Source of the DNA: Psychrobacter sp. HD31
GTDB taxonomy: Bacteria > Pseudomonadota > Gammaproteobacteria > Pseudomonadales > Moraxellaceae
Length of the DNA stretch: 32,000 bases
Assembly (NCBI RefSeq): GCF_051097895.1
Contig: NZ_CP142525.1
Span: 1,590,001-1,622,000 of the forward strand
Direction of reading: 5' to 3'
The position numbers were made by a program, and so were the translations under genes. Shown here piece after piece: positions 25,044 through 32,000 of the stretch. The notes beneath the pieces were generated by a model that saw nothing but the letters and a program-made list of their open reading frames with translations, ran no database searches and had not been told where the DNA came from. Positions within the stretch are counted from its first letter, which is position 1; every line of letters begins with the position of its first letter.

Positions 25044-27281
25044 TTACACATTAGTATATTTACTTGCATCAGGCATCCAGCGTTCAATCAGCAGGCTTAC
25101 GTCCGCTTTGCGGCTATTGTCTTGTATCAATCTTTTTGCCAACGCGCGGGCAATGGTTAGCAATAGTTCATCACGGGTTAAGTCACTGAGGTAATAGCCC
25201 ACATTGCCTGTTTGGCGTTTGCCTAACAGTTCACCTGGTCCTCTTATTTGTAGATCTTTTTGGGCAATTACAAAGCCATCGTTACTTTTGGCAAGTACGT
25301 TTAGGCGTTCTATCCCTGTTTCAGAAAGTGGCGTTTGGTAAAGCAGTACGCAAAAACTTTTTTCGCTGCCTCTGCCAACACGCCCACGCAGCTGATGCAA
25401 TTGCGACAGCCCCAAACGCTCGGCGTTTTCTATTACCATTAGCGATGCATTGGGCACATCTACGCCTACCTCAATTACGGTGGTAGATATAAGCAGGTCT
25501 AAATCTCCTTGTTTAAAGGTTTGCATGGTGGTTTGTTTTTCGCTTGGTTTCATTTTTCCATGCACCAAACCAATGCGTATGTCTAACCGTTCGCTGACAT
25601 CAGCAAAAGTCGCTTCGGCAGATTGCGCATCCAGCTCGCTGCTTTCTTCTACCAATGGGCAAACCCAATACGCTTGCTTACCTTGTTTGCAGTTTGCTTC
25701 AATGCGTTCTAGCACTTCGTCACGGCGGTTTCGGTCTATGGTTACGGTTTTAACGGGGGTACGCCCTGGTGGTAACTCATCAATAATAGAGGTGTCCATA
25801 TCGCCATAGGCACTCATGGCAAGGGTGCGTGGTATGGGCGTTGCTGTCATCACTAGTTGATGCGGTGTGCTGTTTGCCACGCCTTTGTTGGTTAATGCCA
25901 TGCGTTGCTCAACCCCAAAGCGGTGTTGTTCATCAATGATGGCTAACCCAAGTTTGGCAAATTTAACCTGTTCCTGAAACAATGCATGGGTGCCAACCAC
26001 AATCTGCACTTCGTTTTCACTAATGGCGGCTAGTGCTTCTTTACGTTCACTTGTTTTTTGTTTGCCTGCAAGCCACCCCACGCCAATGCCTAAAGGTTCA
26101 AACCAGTTTTTAAAGTTTATCAGGTGTTGCTCGGCAAGTATTTCAGTTGGTGCCATTATGGCGACTTGCCAACCGCTGTCTAACGCATAGCAAGCAGCCA
26201 ATGCCGCTACCAAAGTTTTGCCTGCGCCTACATCGCCCTGTACCAAACGTAGCATGGGTATGGAGGTGGTTAGGTCATTTTTTATTTCATTTACAACCCT
26301 TTGCTGTGCACCCGTTAGCGCAAATGGCAGGTTATCTAGTAGGTGCTTTGCAAGCGGGCTGCTACTTTCACACTTTGGTGCTTTGTGTTGATGCAACTGT
26401 TGGCGGCGGTACAACAGGCTTAGTTGATGGGCAGTTAGCTCCTCAATAATAATGCGCTGGCAAGCGGGGTGCTGGCGGTTTTTAATTTGTTCTAACAGCT
26501 CAAACTGGTTGGTTAAGTCGGTATGGTTAGGTGGGGTGTGTAGCAGGGTTAGTGCTTCAAATAGGCTTAGGTAGCTTATGGCGTGCGTACTGCTAATTTG
26601 TGCTTGGTTGTTTTGGTACCCTAAAAAGCTTGCCTGACTTACTTGTACTTTGGCTTGTACATTGGCTTGAGTAATAAGCGTTTGCCAATCTAGCGATTGC
26701 CAGTCAGTATCCTGAAAAATGCTGAGGATTTGCCCTTGTTTATCGTAGTTTTGTACTGTTTGTAGGGCAAGCTTTACAAGGGTGCGCAGTTTGTTTTGGT
26801 GTAAACCTTTAACCGTTGGGTAAATGGGTTGCAAGCCTGTGCTTTCCATCGTCATCCCAGCGGTTACCACTTGGTATTCTGGGTGGTGCATTTGCACGCC
26901 GTAGCGGCTTATTTTTACCTCGCCAAATACACGCAGTGTTGTGCCAACCATCATGGTTTGGGTTAGCCCGCGGTACACTTTAAAAAACCTGAGGGATACC
27001 GTGCCTGTGTCATCCTCTAACAGCACGCTCATGCCACCGCGGCCTTTGTTGTCTACGCTTACTATTTCACCCTCCACCAAGGCAGACTGCCCATTGGCAA
27101 GGGTGTTTATGTTGACGACACGGCTACGGTCTTCGTAGTCTCTTGGCAGATGCAAAACCAAGTCAAACAAACGCTTTATGCCAAGCTGTGCTAATTGCTC
27201 GGCAACTTTGGTGCCAACGCCAGCTAAGCTGGTTACAGGCATATCAAGCGGGTTTGGTTTATTTGATTGCATATTTGGCAT
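25044..27281 (-). CDS. recG: ATP-dependent DNA helicase RecG
   Basis: 745 aa with an N-terminal wedge/OB region and helicase motifs GDVGAGKT, DEQHRFGV and QLRGRVGRG. A Gln-rich insertion lies between the wedge and helicase domains. Confidence 0.95.
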   Translation of the reverse strand: MPNMQSNKPNPLDMPVTSLAGVGTKVAEQLAQLGIKRLFDLVLHLPRDYEDRSRVVNINTLANGQSALVEGEIVSVDNKGRGGMSVLLEDDTGTVSLRFFKVYRGLTQTMMVGTTLRVFGEVKISRYGVQMHHPEYQVVTAGMTMESTGLQPIYPTVKGLHQNKLRTLVKLALQTVQNYDKQGQILSIFQDTDWQSLDWQTLITQANVQAKVQVSQASFLGYQNNQAQISSTHAISYLSLFEALTLLHTPPNHTDLTNQFELLEQIKNRQHPACQRIIIEELTAHQLSLLYRRQQLHQHKAPKCESSSPLAKHLLDNLPFALTGAQQRVVNEIKNDLTTSIPMLRLVQGDVGAGKTLVAALAACYALDSGWQVAIMAPTEILAEQHLINFKNWFEPLGIGVGWLAGKQKTSERKEALAAISENEVQIVVGTHALFQEQVKFAKLGLAIIDEQHRFGVEQRMALTNKGVANSTPHQLVMTATPIPRTLAMSAYGDMDTSIIDELPPGRTPVKTVTIDRNRRDEVLERIEANCKQGKQAYWVCPLVEESSELDAQSAEATFADVSERLDIRIGLVHGKMKPSEKQTTMQTFKQGDLDLLISTTVIEVGVDVPNASLMVIENAERLGLSQLHQLRGRVGRGSEKSFCVLLYQTPLSETGIERLNVLAKSNDGFVIAQKDLQIRGPGELLGKRQTGNVGYYLSDLTRDELLLTIARALAKRLIQDNSRKADVSLLIERWMPDASKYTNV

Positions 27282-27296
27282 ATAAAATAACGCCTA

Positions 27297-27797
27297 TTAA
27301 TTACTACTTGGACTTAATACTGGGCATTGTAAGTTTGGATTATACGCATCATTTTTTATACGTATTGGTAAATTGACATAGCCTGAAACTGGTTGACCAT
27401 TAGCTTTGAATGGTGCCAGTTTGCTTCGTTTTAATGAACGTACAATTCTTCTCTCTATACGACTATCTGCATCTGATTTTAAAATTTTGACAGAATTTAC
27501 ATTACCTTGTTTATTAATCTGCATCCTAGCAGTAACTGACCACCTTTTTTTATAGCAACCTTTTGATGGCTTGCCGGATGCAGTACAGAAACATGGTTTT
27601 ATTTTGATGGCTGGTTTTTTTATCCAATATGCGTCACTAGCAAAGAGTTCATGTACGTTATTTGTCTGTTTGGCTTTTTGAGCAACATCACTGCCAACGG
27701 TTGAGATTTTTTTATTAGTGTTTAAGTCTGTTAATTCTGCAATTGCAGTGCTAGATAAGGCAACACACATCAGGCTAGTAAATAATACTTTTTTCAT
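27297..27797 (-). CDS. Secreted protein with TonB C-terminal-like domain
   Basis: 166 aa with a signal peptide (...SSTAIA). The C-terminal ~80 aa follow the TonB_C pattern (WSVTARMQINKQGNVNSVKILKS...RIERRIVRSLKRSKLAPFKANGQPVSGYVNLPIRI). It ends 15 bp upstream of the recG start on the same strand. Confidence 0.5.
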   Translation of the reverse strand: MKKVLFTSLMCVALSSTAIAELTDLNTNKKISTVGSDVAQKAKQTNNVHELFASDAYWIKKPAIKIKPCFCTASGKPSKGCYKKRWSVTARMQINKQGNVNSVKILKSDADSRIERRIVRSLKRSKLAPFKANGQPVSGYVNLPIRIKNDAYNPNLQCPVLSPSSN

Positions 27798-27929
27798 GTC
27801 TATCTCTTTTAGCTAAGCAAGGTATAAATGTTAAATCTGATTGTAGCATAAAGCCATGATAGTGACTTTATGGTAGGCTTGTTGTTATTATATTTTAATA
27901 CCCATCTTTTATGATAAATCAGGAACACA

Positions 27930-28460
27930 ATGTACCCTAATATTTGCCCTTGCCAACATAACCCGAGTGGTAATAACAAACTCGCAAATCAGCTAATAGA
28001 GCAAATGAGCTATGCCAACTGCTGCCAACCGTACCATACTGGTAATGCAATACCGCAAACTGCCGAGGCGTTAATGCGTTCTCGCTATGCGGCTTATGTA
28101 CTACAAAACATAGATTACATTGTTACAACCACGGTGCCCGCCCAGCAGCCTTTGTTAGACAGACAAGCCGTGACAGATTGGGCAAAGCAAACGGATTGGG
28201 CAGGGCTTGAGATTATTAATCACATGCCAAAGCTAGGTAAACGCCATGCCAGTGTTGAGTTTAAAGCCTTTTTTAATACACCAGATGGCATGCAAGCACA
28301 CCATGAGCTATCTGCTTTTGTGAAAGTCCATGACAATAAGTCTGGTATTGTACGTTGGTATTTTATTGACCCAACGGTTAGCATGTTGGTTACTCAAAAG
28401 CAGCCTTGTATTTGTGGCAGTGGCGAAAAGTTTAAACGATGTTGTGGTCAGTTTTTATGA
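27930..28460 (+). CDS. ychJ: YchJ-family (UPF0225) SEC-C motif protein
   Basis: 176 aa with LMRSRYAAYV and a canonical C-terminal SEC-C motif (CICGSGEKFKRCCGQ). The N-terminal SEC-C-like motif is split by an insertion (CPCQ...22 aa...CC). Confidence 0.8.
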   Translation: MYPNICPCQHNPSGNNKLANQLIEQMSYANCCQPYHTGNAIPQTAEALMRSRYAAYVLQNIDYIVTTTVPAQQPLLDRQAVTDWAKQTDWAGLEIINHMPKLGKRHASVEFKAFFNTPDGMQAHHELSAFVKVHDNKSGIVRWYFIDPTVSMLVTQKQPCICGSGEKFKRCCGQFL

Positions 28461-28490
28461 TGACAAAAAATGTTGCACATAAAGCCTAAA

Positions 28491-29417
28491 CTAAACGCTC
28501 GCCCCAACTTTTCGTGCCAATGCAATGCCTTCTTCAATACTCAAGTATTCTTTTTTACTTGGTAAATCTTGCAAAATCACATCACCATCTTTAAAAATCA
28601 CACATTCATTGACGGCAAGCTGTTGCCAATGCTCATTGTCTGTTAGGGGGATGGTGGTGAGTATGGTAACTTTATCTTTGTCGGTGGTGACATCGCTAAA
28701 ATTGATGGACATGTCCTCATCGGCCAGTACTGCCTCACCAAAGGGTGCTTGGCGAGTTAAATAAAATAACAAACTGCCAGCATAAGCCAGTTGCCAATCA
28801 CCGTTAGATAATAAGCAATTAAACAGGCCATTAGCTGCTAAAAAACGACACTGTGTTATTAAAAAGCGATGTAACTCATTGTCTGTTGGTTTTTGCTTAA
28901 AGGTGGATTTTAAGCGGTTTAGTAAGTAACAAAAAGCGATTTCTGAATCGGTATCGCCCACAGGTTGGTAGTGCTCGGCATTGCCATTGGCTTGCAAACG
29001 CTGGCAACGTTTTACAAAATCGGCATTGAGTTGTCCGTTATGGGCAAAAACCCATTGTTCCCCCCAAACCTCTCGTACAAATGGGTGGGTATTAGCCAAA
29101 CAGTTTTTCCCTTGCGTTGCTTTGCGGATATGGGCAATGACATTCATAGCTTTAATAGGGTAATGACTGATTAAGTCAGCAACGGGAGACGCATGGCTAG
29201 GCTTGTTGTCATGAAAAATACGTAAGCCTACGTTGGGTAGGTTATCATCATTATCTTGCTGGGTGTTATCATTCGGGTCACAAGTATTTTGCTCAAAAAA
29301 GGCGATACCAAACCCATCTGTATGATGGTCGGTGTTACCACCACGTTGCCTAAAGCCACTAAAGCTAAAGCTTATGTCGGTTGGGGTGTTGCAGTTCATA
29401 CCTAACAGTTGGCACAT
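28491..29417 (-). CDS. Class II (Ntn-type) glutamine amidotransferase, YafJ-like
   Basis: 308 aa with the N-terminal MCQLLGMNCN (Cys2 nucleophile) and HIRKATQG...NTHPF. Confidence 0.8.
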   Translation of the reverse strand: MCQLLGMNCNTPTDISFSFSGFRQRGGNTDHHTDGFGIAFFEQNTCDPNDNTQQDNDDNLPNVGLRIFHDNKPSHASPVADLISHYPIKAMNVIAHIRKATQGKNCLANTHPFVREVWGEQWVFAHNGQLNADFVKRCQRLQANGNAEHYQPVGDTDSEIAFCYLLNRLKSTFKQKPTDNELHRFLITQCRFLAANGLFNCLLSNGDWQLAYAGSLLFYLTRQAPFGEAVLADEDMSINFSDVTTDKDKVTILTTIPLTDNEHWQQLAVNECVIFKDGDVILQDLPSKKEYLSIEEGIALARKVGASV

Positions 29418-29437
29418 TTTGTTTTATTCCTATCTTA

Positions 29438-30031
29438 TTACTTGCAAACATCTTTAATTTTAACGTTAATGTCTTCCCAGTTTTCACCCAATAATTGCAT
29501 TGTCAAATCATTGCCCACAAATTTAGCCTCGTTTACAACGTTATCAATAATAACGGACTGGTACATATCTATCCCTGTATAAATTACTTTTGAATTTTGG
29601 TTAAATAAAGTACGAGCGGTAAAAGTTACGTTATTGTTTTCGTTAAAATCATACTCAACCAAACATTGATTTTGTGGGTTGAATGCAACCAAGGTATCTG
29701 TGCTGTCTGATTTGGTTGCAGACCAAAACTCATGAGCACGGCAATAGTTACCACAGCTATACTTTACAAGATACAAGTTATCTGATAATTTTTTGACTAT
29801 GGGCTGTTTGGGGTAGTCTTCCATTAATAGTAAGTTGGAGCCATCAATATTGGTTTTGACAACATTGTAGCCTGTACAAACAGTCACATCATCAGACAAC
29901 CAAGACACACACTCTGACCCTACAGAAAACCTCGCGGTAGCTTGATTAGTTTTTACAGTATCGGTGGTTTGGCAGCCAATAGCAAAAATTGTGAATAAGC
30001 ACGTTAAAAGGAAGGTCAAGTTTTTTATCAT
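29438..30031 (-). CDS. Hypothetical lipoprotein
   Basis: I set the start at the ATG at 30031 (MIKNLTFLLTCLFTIFAIGCQ; lipobox AIGC). The longer ORF-track start at 30082 would overlap the thrB 3' end. I do not recognise a family. Confidence 0.55.
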   Translation of the reverse strand: MIKNLTFLLTCLFTIFAIGCQTTDTVKTNQATARFSVGSECVSWLSDDVTVCTGYNVVKTNIDGSNLLLMEDYPKQPIVKKLSDNLYLVKYSCGNYCRAHEFWSATKSDSTDTLVAFNPQNQCLVEYDFNENNNVTFTARTLFNQNSKVIYTGIDMYQSVIIDNVVNEAKFVGNDLTMQLLGENWEDINVKIKDVCK

Positions 30032-30063
30032 AGTTGTGATGTCTGTAAAACTGTCCGTTTTAA

Positions 30064-31074
30064 TCAATGTGCATTTGCCCAATGATACGCTGCTAACCGT
30101 TTCATTAAATCAGGGTTTTTAACCATGATATTATCGCCGGTGCGACCACCAATGCGGTTATAATGAATCACGTTTAAACGCAGTAGCCAAAAAATAACCG
30201 CCGCTTTAGCTAGCATAATTGGCAATGCATTGCGCTCAGTTTCGGTTAATGGTCGCTCGCTTTCATATCCTTTGATAAAGGCATCCATTTTGGTGCTATC
30301 AAAATTTACTGACTCGCCATTTTCGGCATCGCCCCAGGTGGTGCTAAAGTCATTAATGGTAATGGCAATGTCCATTAAATAGTTGTCAACACTCACTTCA
30401 GTAAAATCTAGTAAACCCGTTAATTTTGCTTCGTTTTTGGTTAAATCCCACAAGGTGTTGTCTGCAAACATATCTAAATGACATAAGCCTTTTGGCATTT
30501 TATCATTATGATCAAGAGGTAGGTTTTCATACGCTTGCCAAATATCAAGCATGAGCTGGGCTTCATCGGCTGGCATAAACTTTGTTTCACGGTCACGCAC
30601 GGCATGCCAAGGATAAAGAGGCACGCCGTAGTCTTCGGCAGGTTTTAGTGTTTGCAACGTTTTGTGCAAAATGGCTAATGCGATGCCCATGTCTTCGCAC
30701 ATTTTAGGGGTGGTGGCAGTGGGGTGCGCGCCCGATAAACAGGGCACTAAAGTAATGGCTTTATCTTCATAATGGATAATGTAATCATCGCTACCATCTT
30801 GTTTTTTTCTGGTTTTTGCAAGTGGCGGCGCGACGGGTAAATCATCTTTTAGCTGATTAAGGATAATTGCCATTTTTTCTACGTCTTGTGGTGGTCGTTC
30901 TTCAAATAAGGTAAAAACGTAACTGTATTTGCCCTCGGCATCATCGGCTGTTTGAATAAACCAGTTTGAGTTTTTAACGCCTTGAGTGATGGGAATCGCC
31001 TTGGTAAAAGTTACACCAAAAGCATGGCAAAAGGCAGAAAATTGATCTTCGGTAAGGTGGGTATAGACTGACAT
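30064..31074 (-). CDS. thrB: Homoserine kinase, type II (APH-fold ThrB, Pseudomonas type)
   Basis: 336 aa from the ATG at 31074 (MSVYTHLTEDQ...). It has an aminoglycoside-phosphotransferase-like catalytic loop (CHLDMFADN) and LLDFTE. Confidence 0.8.
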   Translation of the reverse strand: MSVYTHLTEDQFSAFCHAFGVTFTKAIPITQGVKNSNWFIQTADDAEGKYSYVFTLFEERPPQDVEKMAIILNQLKDDLPVAPPLAKTRKKQDGSDDYIIHYEDKAITLVPCLSGAHPTATTPKMCEDMGIALAILHKTLQTLKPAEDYGVPLYPWHAVRDRETKFMPADEAQLMLDIWQAYENLPLDHNDKMPKGLCHLDMFADNTLWDLTKNEAKLTGLLDFTEVSVDNYLMDIAITINDFSTTWGDAENGESVNFDSTKMDAFIKGYESERPLTETERNALPIMLAKAAVIFWLLRLNVIHYNRIGGRTGDNIMVKNPDLMKRLAAYHWANAH

Positions 31075-31162
31075 AAAACTTCTCAATAACTTTCTAAATA
31101 ATAGGGGCTTTTTCTGTTAAAATGGCAAACATTAATCTTACTATTATAAAGTGAAATTTACC

Positions 31163-31933
31163 ATGTTAGCAAAACGAATTATTCCTTGCCTAGATGTTGA
31201 TAATGGCAGAGTTGTAAAAGGTGTCCAATTTGTTGATATTAAAGATGCTGGAGACCCTGTTGAAGTTGCCAAGCGTTATAATGAGCAAGGGGCGGATGAA
31301 ATCACCTTTTTGGATATTACAGCAACGCATCATGGCAGAGATACAACGTACCATACAGTCGAGCGGATGGCAGAAACCGTTTTTGTACCGCTTACTGTGG
31401 GTGGTGGCGTACGTAAAGTTGAAGATATCCGTAACCTGTTAAATGCCGGTGCAGATAAAGTGGCTATTAATTCAGCAGCGGTATTTACGCCAGAGTTTGT
31501 TGGCGAGGCATCGCAAAGATTTGGCGCGCAATGTATTGTTGTCGCCATTGACGCTAAGCGTGTTGCCGATGTTGACGGCATGCCAAGATGGGAAATTTTT
31601 ACCCACGGCGGGCGCAAACCAACAGGCATTAATGCCGTAGAGTGGGCAAGCAAGATGGCTGGGCTGGGTGCCGGAGAGTTGTTAGTTACCAGTATGGATG
31701 GCGATGGTACCAAAAAAGGTTATGATCTTGAACTGATGAAAGCAATTACCAGCTCGGTGAATGTCCCTGTGATTGCGTCAGGTGGGGTTGGTAATCTTGA
31801 GCATTTGGCAGAAGGCGTGCTGCAAGGGGGCGCAGATGCCGTATTGGCTGCTAGCATATTCCATTTTGGTGAGTATACCGTGCAAGAGGCAAAACAGTAT
31901 ATGGCAAGTCAAGGAATAGAAATGCGCTTGTAG
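31163..31933 (+). CDS. hisF: Imidazole glycerol phosphate synthase cyclase subunit HisF
   Basis: I set the start at the ATG at 31163 ([12 protein letters not shown]). Motifs present: [22 protein letters not shown] and ASGGVG. Confidence 0.96.
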   Translation: MLAKRIIPCLDVDNGRVVKGVQFVDIKDAGDPVEVAKRYNEQGADEITFLDITATHHGRDTTYHTVERMAETVFVPLTVGGGVRKVEDIRNLLNAGADKVAINSAAVFTPEFVGEASQRFGAQCIVVAIDAKRVADVDGMPRWEIFTHGGRKPTGINAVEWASKMAGLGAGELLVTSMDGDGTKKGYDLELMKAITSSVNVPVIASGGVGNLEHLAEGVLQGGADAVLAASIFHFGEYTVQEAKQYMASQGIEMRL

Positions 31934-32000
31934 TGCCAAAAAAATGGTATGATATACAAAACAAAAACTTTTTATTATTTTGAAAATTAACAGGAAAAAC

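Noticed and set aside
1-32000. Search for tRNA, rRNA, tmRNA, riboswitch, IS, transposase, integrase or toxin-antitoxin signatures
   Set aside because: By eye I saw no T-arm (GGTTCGAATCC-like) motifs, rRNA-like segments or transposase/integrase-like ORFs in the six-frame track. A covariance-model scan (tRNAscan-SE or Infernal) would be needed to exclude small RNAs formally.

Overview
This is a chromosomal segment from a gammaproteobacterium of moderate to low G+C. Protein sequences and gene order look Moraxellaceae-like (Psychrobacter, Moraxella or Acinetobacter relatives), but that attribution is only a guess. Most of the window is housekeeping: fmt-rsmB, rnr, grpE, dnaK, an NfeD/SPFH pair, dnaJ, guaA, gph, comM, hemN, dapB, recG, ychJ, type II thrB and hisF. 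I saw no rRNA, tRNA, CRISPR array, transposase or integrase. Five things stand out. (1) A ~93% identical duplication of the rsmB 3' end, together with its downstream palindromic element, brackets a 1.66-kb two-gene insert, and the outer copy carries an in-frame stop. (2) A 967-bp, very AT-rich single-gene DUF2971 cassette is flanked by perfect 28-bp direct repeats that duplicate the last codons of a DUF2058 gene. (3) A CueR-like MerR regulator (C-X7-C loop) sits divergent to a TauE/SafE permease, with a textbook 19-bp-spacer promoter carrying a perfect 9-bp-arm palindrome. (4) Several intergenic palindromic repeats recur, including an identical 18-mer near both grpE and dnaJ. (5) Sigma-32-type promoters lie upstream of grpE, dnaK and dnaJ, which are physically broken apart by accessory genes. 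Both insertions lack any recombinase in cis.
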